Part shown: in pieces, positions 51,552 to 63,818 of the stretch
How the letters are laid out: every line of letters starts with the position of its first letter
Position numbering within the stretch: the stretch's first letter is position 1
Source of the DNA: Podarcis pityusensis
Lineage: Eukaryota
Length of the DNA stretch: 64,000 nt
Assembly (NCBI GenBank): GCA_964106645.2
Contig: OZ067054.1
Reading direction: 5' to 3' (one strand)
Translations under genes and position numbers: made by a program
The notes under the pieces: model-generated
Told to the model about the DNA's origin: nothing
What the model saw: the letters and a program-made list of their open reading frames with translations, nothing else
Databases searched by the model: none

Positions 51552-53718
51552 CATAGAATCATAGAATCATAGAATCATAGAATCATAGAGTTGGAAGAGA
51601 CCACAAGGGCCATCGAGTCCAACCCCCTGCCAAGCAGGAAACACCATCAGAGCACTCCTGACATATGGTTGTCAAGCCTCTGCTTAAAGACCTCCAAAGA
51701 AGGAGACTCCACCACACTCCTTGGCAGCAGATTCCACTGTCGAACAGCTCTTACTGTCAGGAAGTTCTTCCTAATGTTTAGGTGGAATCTTCTTTCTTGT
51801 AGTTTGGATCCATTGCTCCGTGTCCGCTTCTCTGGAGCAGCAGAAAACAACCTTTCTCCCTCCTCTATGTGACATCCTTTTATATATTTGAACATGGCTA
51901 TCATATCACCCCTTAACCTCCTCTTCTCCAGGCTAAACATGCCCAGCTCCCTTAGCCGTTCCTCATAAGGCATCGTTTCCAGGCCTTTGACCATTTTGGT
52001 TGCCCTCCTCTGGACACGTTCCAGTTTGTCAGTGTCCTTCTTGAATTGTGGTGCCCAGAACTGGACACAGTACTCCAGGTGAGGTCTGACCAGAGCAGAA
52101 TACAGTGGCACTATTACTTCCCTTGATCTAGATGCTATACTCCTATTGATGAGGCCCAGAATTGCATTGGCTTTTTTAACTGCCGCGTCACACTGTTGGC
52201 TCATGTCAAGTTTGTGGTCAACCAAGACTCCTAGATCCTTTTCACATGTACTGCTCTCAAGCCAGGTGTCACCCATCTTGTATTTGTGCCTCTCATTTTT
52301 TTTGCCCAAGTGCAATACTTTACATTTCTCCCTGTTAAAATTCATCTTGTTTGTTTTGGCCCAGTTTTCTAATCTGTCAAGGTCGTTTTGAAGTGTGATC
52401 CTGTCCTCTGGGGTGTTAGCCACCCCTCCCAGTTTGGTGTCATCTGCAAATTTGATCAGGATGCCCTTGAGTCCATCATCCAAGTCGTTGATAAAGATGT
52501 TGAATAAGACTGGGCCCAAGACAGAACGCTGTGGCACCCCACTAGTCACTCCTCTCCAGGATGAAGAGGAACCATTGATGAGCACCCTTTGGGTTCGGTC
52601 AGTCAGCCAGTTACAAATCCACTGAGTGGTAGCATAGTCAAGACCGCATTTTACCAGCTTCTTTACAAGAATATCATGGGGCACCTTGTCAAATGCCTTA
52701 CTGAAATCAAGGTAGGCTATATCCACTGAGTTCCCTTCATCTACCAGGCTTGTAATTCTGTCAAAAAACGAGATCAGGTTAGTCTGACATGACTTATTTT
52801 TCAGAAATCCATGCTGACTATTGGTGATCACAGCATTCCTTTCTAGGTGCTCACAGACTGTTTTCTTAATGATCTGCTCCAGAATCTTCCCTGGTATTGA
52901 TGTCAGACTGACTGGGCGGTAATTATTTGGGTCCTCTCTTTTCCCCTTTTTGAAAATAGGGACAACATTTGCCCTCCTCCAGTCTGCCGGGACTTCGCCT
53001 GTTCTCCAGGAATTCTCAAAGATGACTGCCAGTGGTTCTGAGATCACATCTGCCAGTTCTTTTAATACTCTTGGATGCAGTTCATCTGGCCCTGGAGACT
53101 TGAATACATCTAAACTAGCCAAGTATTCTTGTACTATCTCCTTAGTTATTCTGGGCTGTGTTTCCTTTGCTGAATCATTTGCTCCAAATTCTTCAGGTCG
53201 GGCATTGTTTTCTTTATCGGAGAAGACTGAGGCAAAGAAGGCATTGAGGAGTTCAGTCCTTTCTGTGTCCCCTGTTTGCATTTCACCATCTTCTCCTCTG
53301 AGTGACCCCACTGTTTCTTTGTTCTTCCTTTTGCTACGAACATACCCATAAAAGCCTTTTTTGTTGCTTTTAACCTCTCTAGCAAGCCTGAGTTCATTCT
53401 GTGCTTTAGCTTTTCTGACTTTGTGTCTACACGTGCTGGCTATTTGTTTGAATTCCTCTTTGGTGGTTTCCCCCCTTTTCCATTTTTTGTACACATCCTT
53501 TTTTAATCTTAACTCAGTTAAAAGTTCTTTAGATAGCCACCCTGGCTTCTTTAGGCACCTTCCATGTTTCCGCCTCATTGGTATTGCCTGACATTGTGCT
53601 TTTACTATCTCCCTCTTAACAAACTCCCAGCCATCATGAACTCCCTTTCCTTTTAGTATTACTGTCCATGGGATCTCACCCAGCACTTCCCTAAGTTTTA
53701 TGAAGTCGGCTTTCTTAA
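51552..53718 (-). mobile_element. 5'-truncated CR1 LINE, young
   Basis: uninterrupted ORF2 fragment; 3' tail of 4+ ATTCTATG octamers at 51552-51590. Confidence 0.95.
51647..53686 (-). CDS. CR1 ORF2 fragment (reverse transcriptase domain; endonuclease missing; no native start)
   Basis: 679 aa with [46 protein letters not shown]. Confidence 0.85.
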   Translation of the reverse strand: MLGEIPWTVILKGKGVHDGWEFVKREIVKAQCQAIPMRRKHGRCLKKPGWLSKELLTELRLKKDVYKKWKRGETTKEEFKQIASTCRHKVRKAKAQNELRLAREVKSNKKGFYGYVRSKRKNKETVGSLRGEDGEMQTGDTERTELLNAFFASVFSDKENNARPEEFGANDSAKETQPRITKEIVQEYLASLDVFKSPGPDELHPRVLKELADVISEPLAVIFENSWRTGEVPADWRRANVVPIFKKGKREDPNNYRPVSLTSIPGKILEQIIKKTVCEHLERNAVITNSQHGFLKNKSCQTNLISFFDRITSLVDEGNSVDIAYLDFSKAFDKVPHDILVKKLVKCGLDYATTQWICNWLTDRTQRVLINGSSSSWRGVTSGVPQRSVLGPVLFNIFINDLDDGLKGILIKFADDTKLGGVANTPEDRITLQNDLDRLENWAKTNKMNFNREKCKVLHLGKKNERHKYKMGDTWLESSTCEKDLGVLVDHKLDMSQQCDAAVKKANAILGLINRSIASRSREVIVPLYSALVRPHLEYCVQFWAPQFKKDTDKLERVQRRATKMVKGLETMPYEERLRELGMFSLEKRRLRGDMIAMFKYIKGCHIEEGERLFSAAPEKRTRSNGSKLQERRFHLNIRKNFLTVRAVRQWNLLPRSVVESPSLEVFKQRLDNHMSGVL

Positions 53719-53722
53719 TTCA

Positions 53723-53917
<195 letters not shown>

Positions 53918-54330
53918 CTAAAGGTACATTTTGCAGCCCTCTGAACTCTCTTCAGGTGTTCAGTTTGATCACATGAAGGGGAAAGAGGGAGAATTCAGAA
54001 TGTGGGAGAATTCTGCCCCTCCAGGAAGCTGTGCGTGCCAGGGGCACCCCCCTGCCGGAAATGCCATCTAAGTTAGTCTGGCTGGCGCTGCTTTATTACT
54101 ACGTGCAAGTTAATAAATGAAAAACGGCGGCACTTTAGACAGTGGTGCTTCGCAACCCCACAGAAAGTGAGAGGAAAAGAAACTGCAATAAATTATGGAT
54201 GATAAATATTTCTGAATGGGGAAGTCATCAGATCTAAAAAGATGCCTATTCTGCAGCAAAAGCTGAATCAAATAGTATGTTGCTAATTCATTGACTGTGG
54301 GAAGAAGAAAACAGACGTCTCCTTGCTTCA

Positions 54331-54845
54331 TAGATTCAGGTAGGTAGCCGTGTTGGTCTGATGCAGACCAAAAAAAAATAATTAAAAAATTGTCCAGGAG
54401 ACCTAAGAGACCAACTAAGTTAGTTCCGGGTATAAGCTGAAGAAGTGTGCATGCACACAAAAGCTTATACAGTGGTGCCTCGCAAGACGAAATTAATCCG
54501 TTCCGCGAGTGTCTTCATCTAGCGGTTTTTTCATCTTGCGAAGCAACCCTATTAGCGGCTTAACGGATTAGCGCTATTAGCGGTTTAGCGGCTATTAAAG
54601 GCTTATCGGTTTAGCGGATTAGCTGCTAAAAGGCTATTAAAGGCTTAGCGGCTTAGATAAAGGGGGGGAGCGGAAAAAAAATCTCAAGACTCGCAAGACA
54701 TTTTCGTCTTGCGAAGCAAGCCCATAGGGAAATTCGTCCTGCGAAGCAACTCAAAAACGGAAAACCCTTTCGTCTTGCGGGGCACCACTGTACGCAGAAC
54801 TAAGTTGGACTCTAAGGTGCTACTGGACAATTTTTTTATTTTAAA
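54331..54845. mobile_element. Penelope-like inverted pLTR remnant with hammerhead-core relic, split by a MITE
   Basis: 54381-54437 is the inverse of 54461-54469 plus 54793-54840; centre CTGAAGA-a-GTGTG-catg-CACAC-AAAA-GCTT. Confidence 0.65.
54470..54790. mobile_element. Tigger/pogo-like MITE (same TIRs as 29125 copy) with internal TTAGCGG/CTATTA tandem array
   Basis: TA|CAGTGGTGCCTCGCAAGACG...CGTCTTGCGGGGCACCACTG|TA. Confidence 0.9.
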
Positions 54846-56345
54846 AATTTATTCCTAGCTTCATGGTTCTGAGTCAACTATACAGAGTAAACAGCAAATG
54901 TTTATCTGCTGTTTAGTTTTTTATATTGAGTGCATAGGGCTGGGTGGGGAAGCAAGAGGCGGAATTTTTGAATGAAGCCCTAATAATAGATTGTTTGTTG
55001 AAAAGCAAGGATATTGATGCTAATACCTCTGCATGTTCAAAGTATCCTAGCTATGAATTTCAATTAACAACACTGCTCTAATCCCAGCACAAAAGCCTTC
55101 TGGCTGCCCCAGTGAGGTTTTGAAAAATCACAGTATCCAGAGCCAGCCCCTGGCATGCCCTTTCTTCTAATCTCAACTCTGCTTTCATGCCGCTAATGAG
55201 CTAGCTCCTGGATTTCTGCAGCAAAACCACACAATGTTTGCCTAGCTGCACTCCAGATACAACAGAATATACTGTACTGCAGCAACAACTTTCATTGATG
55301 GGCAGATAACTGAGGAACAAAAACAAACCAACAACCACTTTCAATAAACCTGTGCAATGCTTTGGTATGGATTATGTTTCACTCTTTGCTGCTATACTGC
55401 GAGTTGTTGGTTGGGGTACATGAATTTTGGCTGGCTTTGGCGCAGGACCGAACTTCAGAAACAGAGAGGATTCTGAAGCCAAGAAGTATTGCTGCACTGA
55501 ACCCCTGTTCCTGTCATGGCAAGGAGAAAATAGCTCCCATAGTCATAGTGAGCTGGGGGCGGGGGAGGGGAGAGAAATCAAATGCAGAGAGGTTCCTAAC
55601 CCAGGAAGTCAAGGTAATTTTATTGTTTTAGTAATTTAACATTTGTAGGCTTTAAAGTAGGGTTGTGTTTTTTCTTGTTTTATCTTTTTATAAGCCGCTT
55701 TGAGGGTTTTGCTTTTTTTACAATCAAGCAGTGCATTAATTTTATTAAATAAATAATAAATAAACTGCAAAAACCAGAATGAGCTCAGCAGAGGCAGGCA
55801 CCACAAACGTTCTTCCTAAAATAAAAGATACCCACTCACCCACTCACAACTGACCAGAATATTTATGGACGCCTGGTAAGTAATGTCTCTAACTCTAACA
55901 ATAAGGGCTTTAGGTATCCCACGTGTTTACTTCAACGTGGAACACAAAATATTGTTTATTCCAGCCCCTTCTCTCTATCTGTTCCCTTGTACAGTGAAAA
56001 CGGTAAGTTTACCGTTTATTATACAGTTCTGCATAATAGAACTACTGATTAAAAGTCATGTGGTTCAACAGTGATCTGTGGCACTTACCAGTGGTATTTA
56101 TGGAATCCTGACAGAATGGCTACTTGTGCACGAAAGGGAAAGACGTTTGCAATGTAGTTAGTCTCTCAATAAAAAGGAGAGTGGATGCAAAGGTAAACAG
56201 AGGAGCTCTTGCCCATGCAAACAGGCCCCAAATCATACATTCAGTACAGCCATGCACTGATAAACAAGTGCCACCCCTAAGCATGAATAGTAGCATGCAG
56301 GATTGTCAGTTCAGGAGTTAAACAAAGTTCATCTTTTTCACTTAC

Positions 56346-56421
56346 ACTTCTGTGCCATTCTCCTTTTGAATTTAAATAAGACTTGATTGCAGCAAGTCCA
56401 GCATATTCGCCTTGAGCTCCA
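56346..56421 (-). CDS. GLDC: GLDC exon 16
   Basis: (S)[25 protein letters not shown]; cag/gtaag. Confidence 0.94.
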
Positions 56422-56826
56422 CTGCAAGACCACAAAGCTTATTATAATATACGCATCTGAGCAGCTCGGCTCAGCATCCAGTTTTTGAAAATTTAGTTAA
56501 TCAAGTCAGTTTAATCATCCACCAGGAACAAGTACCGTTCATGTCTACAATTTGGGCTGCGCACCCATATCCTGTCTAGCTGAAATATATACACACAGAA
56601 AACAGATGTGAAATATAATCTCTTATTGGTGCATGACACAAGTTAAGTCATTCGAGATGAACAGATTCTCATCTCTAAGCAGTTCATGCTACAGTATGGC
56701 CTTTTTGCTTTCCTGAAGAAGTCAAGAAAAGGGAAAGACGCCAGGATATTCAGTTAACCAGAATATTGTAGCAATGCTGTTCATTACAGTTGGCCATTCC
56801 TGACCTGGCCTTTAACATATTTAACA

Positions 56827-57418
56827 TTTGTTAAAAAACCTGAAGCATTTTTGTTAGGGATTGTAGCGAAAGATCTGCCAAAAAAGCTGAAAAACATCTT
56901 CATGTATGCGACAACAGCCGCGAGAGTTCTAATAGCACAAGGATGGAAGACTGAAGAAGCCCCAACTAAAGAATCATGGCAAGAAAAATTGATGGACTAT
57001 GCAGAACTGGCAAAACTGACATATTAGCTACAGGACAAGGATAACTGTGACTTTAAAGATGAATGGGAACCCTTTGCAAAGTATTTGAAGACGCAACAAA
57101 GCGAACTGGACTCCTTGGCTGGTTTTGAATAAACATTCACAAACTTTTTATTGATAATAATCAGCTAAATAGTTTGAGGATCTATACAACTGTGTAACAT
57201 GCAGAAAACAGCATTCTTAGAGAAATCAAAGACTGGAACTGACGGAAGCCTGGGGGTGGGGGTGGATGGGTTTTGTGTGGGAGGGTGGGGGGAGGGAGGA
57301 AAAATGGGGGAAAAAATAAAGATGATATGTTTCTGGATAATATGTTTTGTTTTAACTTTGAATTTAAAAAGTTAAAAAAAAACAAAAACAGAGATGCAAA
57401 AAAAAAAAAAAAAAAAAA
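56827..57418 (+). mobile_element. L1-clade LINE 3' fragment with poly(A), flanked by an 84-bp direct duplication
   Basis: encodes FVKKPEAFLLGIV...MYATTAARVLIAQGWK...W..KLMDYAELAK (ORF2 C-terminus, one internal stop), G-rich 3' UTR, A-tail; 56743-56826 matches 57419-57502 with 2 mismatches. Confidence 0.85.
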
Positions 57419-57914
57419 AGGATATTCAGTTAACCAGCATATTGTAGCAATGCTATTCATTACAGTTGGCCATTCCTGACCTGGCCTTTAACATATTTAA
57501 CAACAGTGAGCAAATCCTCCAGTAGGGCTACTTCTGTCTCAGGGCTTCTGCAGTGGGGGAAACTCTGTCATTGAGGGGAAGTGACCAAACTGCTGTCATT
57601 TCACAGAAGTTCTCCAAATCATATGCACCGTCAGAAAGCAGATAGTTGCTACTGGAACCAAAAGCTCTGCCTATCCATGTAGACACCCAAAATGTAATCG
57701 TTTTCACTACATCAGCTCAAACCTTTCATTCCTGAGCTGTCTATTGTACCACATGCACACATGCCATTTGTCACATGTGATGGTGCAACATGCAGTAGGT
57801 GTGCTAGGAGGAATATCTGGGTAGGGAAATGGATGTGTGAAACAGCCCTTAGGAAAAGCAGGAAGTACGGCAAGTGTGCCTGAAAAACACTGGTTCAAGC
57901 AAGATTGTTCCTAC

Positions 57915-58057
57915 CTGTTTGGTTGAAAAGAAATTCTGTCATAGCCTGTTATCTCACACAGATCCTTCTCAAGCTCCCTGAAAAGCTGCTGGTATCCTTG
58001 AGCCTGATCTAGAGGCACAAAGGGGTGGATATTGGCAAATTCTTTCCACGTAATCGG
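57915..58057 (-). CDS. GLDC: GLDC exon 15
   Basis: [47 protein letters not shown]; cag/gtagg. Confidence 0.95.
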
Positions 58058-58367
58058 CTGCAGAAAAGAAAAACACAAAAACGGAAAGGAAAGTGAATAC
58101 TTTTGGGTTGAAGAATTTTTGTACACCAATTATATAGGATACTTATGATATATGACACTTAGGTTTCCACAACGTAATAATAGGTTGAACATTATTACCA
58201 GCTAGAAAACATGATTATGAACTAGAAAAAAACTACATTTTTAAAAAATACAAATCAAATGCCATTAAAAGTCATCAGTATACTATTTCTTCTCTGCATT
58301 ACAGAACTGATTCATTTTGCTGAACAGTTCTGAATATAAATAATCTAGAAAGCTGTATGAAATAGAG

Positions 58368-58505
58368 CAGGCTTCCTCAACCTCGGCCCTCCAGATGTTT
58401 TGAGACTACAATTCCCATCATCCCTGACCACTGGTCCTGCTAGCTAGGGATCATGGGAGTTGTAGGCCAAAAAAACATCTGGAGGGCCGAGGTTGAGGAA
58501 GCCTG
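58368..58505. mobile_element. Palindromic hAT MITE
   Basis: same core; 8-bp TSD AAATAGAG/AAACAGAG. Confidence 0.88.
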
Positions 58506-58894
58506 AAACAGAGCAAATATTTAAGGCAAATATTATCAAATACGTCTCCACCCTTTTGAATTTAAATAGGATTCTGTGTCCACGTTATCTTAAAGTGGAT
58601 TCCACAACACTTTCTCGTTTATCTACAATGATTCATAGTGGGCGCATCATAGCAAGTGGGTCCTGTGATTTCAATTTTTATTTCAAAAACTACCATATGC
58701 CCAAGATTGCTGGGACCATTCGCAAGAGCACTTCCACAAGGATCTCACCAAGACACAAAATACTCCTAGGAGAAGAAAGCTTATTTAAATCTACCCTCAA
58801 TCTTTAATTAATGTTCACATGGAATTCTGGGTGAAGGGCTATTATTGCTTGATTAGCTACACATCTCTCAGAAAATAAAAATGAAAAAGCTTAC

Positions 58895-58936
58895 TGTAAG
58901 TTCTGATGAACTATTCAACTTCATTGTACAGGATCC
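58895..58936 (-). CDS. GLDC: GLDC exon 14
   Basis: GSCTMKLNSSSELT; cag/gtaag. Confidence 0.92.
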
Positions 58937-59085
58937 CTGAGGAGCAGAAAATGTAGTCAGTAAGTAAAAACATTAAAACAAAATCAAAAACAAGAATCTT
59001 GCAGAAGAAAATAAAATGTAGTCAGTATATTTCAACCAAGGGCACCAGCAACTGCCATTTTTTTCCTTTTCAAATTAATACCTAC

Positions 59086-59170
59086 CAAAGGAATCATGCT
59101 GTGAACTAAGGAAATATCTTTGTTTTCTAATCTCTTCATATACCGGACAATATTTGTTTCAGAGTGATAG
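59086..59170 (-). CDS. GLDC: GLDC exon 13
   Basis: [28 protein letters not shown]; cag/gtagg. Confidence 0.94.
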
Positions 59171-59958
59171 CTGGAGACACAAAAACATACGTTAGCAAAC
59201 CAGTTAACCACACAAGCCATGAAATACATAAAACAATGAAAACCACTGGACCTTTCCTACCCCCTTCAACTTTCCTATTTATCTCAAAAACTGAAGTTAA
59301 ATTTACTTTTTCTACATAGTGCAAACAGAGCAAATATAATAAGCACTAATTGGTTAAAACGTTTGGTTTAGTGGTTAAGGTCTCTCCTCCTTATTCATGG
59401 TCTATAGCTAAGGTTTGCCCTACGGCTGTATGTTTCGGTTAAGCAGGAGAGACTTCCACATTGATCCTGGATTTGGATATGCTAAACCAAACCTTGGTTT
59501 AGCCTGGAAAAACCCAAGTGGGTGCAAAATGGGAGCCAGCCTGTTCACACTGTAACAGTAAACCAAACTTGGACTTACTCTGAAGTGCAAACCAGGTCAT
59601 GGTGTGTTACTTAGTAGAACCATGACTGTCCCATGATCAATATGCCCATGCTATCAAGTGATAGATATGGGATTGCTAGATTGAGGCATTTCTGCCCACA
59701 GTTATTTAGGCTGCATTGTAAATATGAATGATAAAAACGTAAGCTAGGTAACTCAATCCTTAACTTGCCCCGGGTCATAAGCATCAAATCCCCAGGGCCC
59801 TGGATCCCACAATATTTTAAATGAGGGGGACGGGTACCAACAAAATGCAGTCTCTATATCAACACGCCCCCCCCCCCAGCGTAAACACGCTAAGTCACCA
59901 AACCCCACTACGTGTGCAAGTGATCTCAGCATGCTGGGGGGGGGCGCATGATGACAGA

Positions 59959-59977
59959 GAGCGCCCCCTGGTGATGG
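59959..59977 (-). promoter_or_regulatory. Candidate CTCF-binding site
   Basis: minus strand CCATCACCAGGGGGCGCTC vs consensus TGGCCACCAGGGGGCGCTA. Confidence 0.5.
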
Positions 59978-60146
59978 CGGCAGTCCTAGGCATCCGCAGT
60001 TGTGGAGACAAGCTGTCGCCACTGCCCCATGGCTTACATCGCAGCAATGTTTTGAAATACTAAACCAAATTTCTCTCTCACAATTATAATCCCGTAGACT
60101 TCTTTTTTCAGATGATATCAAGGGGAAATTAATTAATTTCACAAAC

Positions 60147-60244
60147 CTGTTGAATACCTGATGTGTTAGGAATTTCGATGTTCTCTTAAACGCAGTACCA
60201 AAAATACCTCTCGTTTCTCCGTCCATGCTCTCAGCAACCAGTTC
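60147..60244 (-). CDS. GLDC: GLDC exon 12
   Basis: [32 protein letters not shown]; aag/gtttgt. Confidence 0.92.
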
Positions 60245-61439
60245 CTTTCAAAACAAGATAGACAGGGGGGTTCTTAAGACGTTACTCGTTATCTCTCAAA
60301 GAATTTATTCTGTCAGGTAGTAGGGGAAAAACTGTCCTTGTTTCAGCACTTCTGCTTTCATGGTATTTATGTAAAGGCAAATCTTTCTCCAGCTCCCTGG
60401 ATACAGGCAAACCCTGTTATGCCTAATTCGAAAGCAAGGCAAATCGCTCTTAAAAGAAGACTGCCATGAGCATTTTGTCTGCAAGGATGTTTTCTTAAAA
60501 AGTTTTCTCTTAATCTGAAGTATATACACCACATAAGAATTAGAAATACCTGGGTATATACTTCTAGTCTTTCAGAAGGTGGAAATAACATTTAGTTCCC
60601 ATAAATCAAAGTCATTAGAGGAGTTTTTTTAAATAAATAAATTGGGGGAGGTAGAAGAATTTTCTTTACTGGCCCACGCTTCTCATTGCTGAAAGCTAAG
60701 ATTTCCTACCATATCTTGTGTAATGCAGAATTTTGGTGCAGTACAAGTTGATTAAATTGAACTCCGATCCCTCATTATCTCACAAAACAATACTCAAACC
60801 TCCTTAGCAAGAGGTGGAAGTGGAGAATTAAATCACCAAGGCAGCTGTCCATTTATGGACTCAAAATTTAATATTGGCATTTCGCATTTCTTAGTACAGA
60901 AAGTATTGATCTGATGTGAGGAGATCTTTCCTATTCTAATTAATTCAAGAGGGTTCTGGAAGCTTCTCTGTGTGAAAGAAATAAGCAGAAGGTTCACGAT
61001 GTTTGGGTTATTTCTTCAGAGAAGCTGAGTACAGCTGGCTTAAGCTGGTTCTGTGATCTCTTTCTGTCAAGGTCATGCTGACTATAATAGTAAGGCCAGG
61101 AGGAGCCTGAGTTTTACTTTCTCTTCCCTCTGGTGTGGTGTTCTGTACATAGTATGCTTAGTGTTAAGGTTTAATCTTCTTATAAATTATTGTAAGTTTA
61201 AGTTAGGTCTGCTGCAATTGGATTTCTTATGGACAGTGCCAATCCAGAATGTATTGGATCTGTGACCATTATGCTCATTTGCCTTCAGTAGCAGTAAAGC
61301 TGTTGGATGAAATACAATTGCCTCTGGTCTATTATTTAGGAATCTTGCAACGTGCTTAGGTTTTTACTCTGCTAACTATACGCTGGAGTTCTGCTCTGGA
61401 TCAACATTGAGTAGAATACACGACAGAGTCTACCAATTA

Positions 61440-61553
<114 letters not shown>

Positions 61554-62277
61554 CTATTGACAGTTGGAAGGGAGGAAGCAAAGTTTAGTACTGAAAAAAC
61601 AGTGTACTTTCGAAGAGCACAAAACAAAACATTAAAGTAGTGTAACAACTGTTGACATTTCACCAACGTGATGTGAAGGTCCCTATTACTACAACAGAAG
61701 GGGAAAAGTAACAATTTTTTTCATCAGGTTCAAATGATACTGGTGGAAGCTTACAATAATCTTTTTGCATTTTCAGTAGCTCCATAGGTTTAATACTGTA
61801 TACTGCAATTCTTCTAGCCTTAACTATAGAAGCGCATCATGTTTTACAAAACTGTGCTTAGTAATTTCAGCAAACTTCCACTATGTATCAGTTATTTAAA
61901 ATTTAGGGGAGGAATTCAATGTAGTGCTAAGGAGAAGGTGTTATCAGTATTAGCATTTCTGATTGCCTAATGGAATGACTGACCTTCACCTCAACCCATG
62001 TACTATGGGGTTATCTTGACCTCCCCAAGCCAATCTGGAGGATGGGGAAGGGAAGGAAGAAAATCTCCCTGTGTTAGTGGAAGCCTTGCATAGGCTTCTG
62101 CTAGTGGCACCAGTAAATGGAATCTGCCCCTTACATTTTTCCCCTCTAATGAAAGTGAACTCAGAAAATGTGAAGCAGAATTTAAAAATTCAGACCCCAA
62201 AAAGAAAAGGGTATGCAACACTCCCTCTCTCTACAATTGATTTAGCTCTCAATAAATCTGTCTGGATAATTCTAATA

Positions 62278-62498
62278 CATCATGTTACGGAAGCTTCAGG
62301 TTACGTGTTTTCGGGTTGTGGATCGTGGGAAACCCAGAAGTACCGGAATGGGTTACTTCCGGGTTTCGCCGCTCACGCATGCGCAGAAGTGCCAAATTGC
62401 GCTGGCACCTGCGCAGACACGGCGCTTCAGGATGCGAACGCTGCGGGTTGTGGACGTGCCTCTGTCACGGATTACGTCCGCAACCCAAGGTTCCACTG
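62278..62498. mobile_element. Tigger-like MITE, left TIR eroded
   Basis: right end CAACCCAAGGTTCCACTG|TA; CpG-rich body with cttcaggtt/cgggtt repeats like the 9718 copy. Confidence 0.7.
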
Positions 62499-62975
62499 TA
62501 TAGCGTTACTATTGTATGTTGACTTTCTAACCTAGGCAGGCTCCCAATTTTCCCCAGTTCTTCTGTGACTATCAGAGGGTTCTTGTTTTCCAGAGATGAG
62601 CTATGCAAAGTTTCACTTTGGCAGTAAGATCAAGACCAACTTCAGAGTGACACACAACATAGACAGGATTGTTTGGGGCTTCCTGGGGAAAGCACAGTCA
62701 GTCCTGTCACGTATCATGCTCAAAATTGTTTACATTTTTATGCGAATCCCAGAAGATTTGCATCAAATCTGCCTTTGATCTTTTACATCTCCAACAATGC
62801 ATATCTGATTGTATGTCTTAGTCAGCCTATGCAAAGTTAGATACCACCGAAGTGCAGCCTCGATTTTTCTCCATCACACTAGTGCTTAATGATATCATAG
62901 GAAAGCTTTTAGACAACCAGCCCCAATGTGACATTGAAAGGAACACATCCAAGAATAAATTTAGCCATCACTTAC

Positions 62976-63115
62976 TGTACCATCATTGTAAATCCGGAGG
63001 TTTATCTGCCTCTGGGCTGCTCGGAGCAAGACTTCTTGGACGCCACATCCACACTGGATTTTCAAGGTATCAAAAAATAGGTCATGTTGCAGTTTATGAC
63101 CAGCTCTCTTCAGAC
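62976..63115 (-). CDS. GLDC: GLDC exon 10
   Basis: [47 protein letters not shown]; tag/gtaag. Confidence 0.94.
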
Positions 63116-63712
63116 CTAGCAGAAATAACATGTGAACTCTTCGCTCCACTGGCTGCTCACATTCCTATAAGGTTCTGCATATAATATGCAGTATTTTGGT
63201 TGATAACGGTTTTCAACAACAATATGCTGGGATTATGGATTTCTACTGGTGTTCTAACAGACTTGCCTAAATTTGTTCAGAGTTGGCAGGTGGGGGTAGC
63301 CAAATCTGTCTTATGAATCACTATAAACTGCACTGTTGCCTATTTCCCCACCTCGTCTGGTTCCTCAGATATGCAATCTCCCAATTTATCTTAATCCTAG
63401 TTCAGCGTTTCAGTTTATTCTGCTAAAGCTCTTCCTTGAGTGCCTATTTTATCAGATATTTACCATAGAGCTGTTTCAAAGTGAAAGGGTCTCCCTTATG
63501 ATGTCTACATTTTTTCTGGTTAATAATCAAGTTTTATTATACAAGTTTAGTGTTTTATTACATAAAATGTTTTATTTGCACTTGTTGTTTACTACCCTGG
63601 AATGAAGACCAGTATACAAATAAGTACATAAAACAGATTTCAGTTGTTGCACAGAATATTCAAATCTTTGAAGAGTCTCCATCATGCAGCCATTAGATTA
63701 ATTTTAACTCAC

Positions 63713-63818
63713 CTTCCGCTAAGATGAGAGTGGCATTATGCACCCTCCTAGCAATGTGCTTTAGTCCGTTAGCGCCATGGTAGACTCCGAACATAGCAGC
63801 CATATTAGCCAGAAGTGC
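63713..63818 (-). CDS. GLDC: GLDC exon 9
   Basis: [35 protein letters not shown]; tag/gtgag. Confidence 0.94.

Noticed and set aside
51552-51590. CRISPR-like or regulatory repeat array
   Set aside because: No spacers; it is the standard CR1 3' octamer tail. No CRISPR or prokaryotic features occur in the window.
51591-53591. Several + strand ORFs of 76-133 aa
   Set aside because: They are antisense shadows of the CR1 ORF2.
62071-62535. 154-aa ORF and apparent CpG island
   Set aside because: The CpG richness and open frame come from a Tigger-like MITE.
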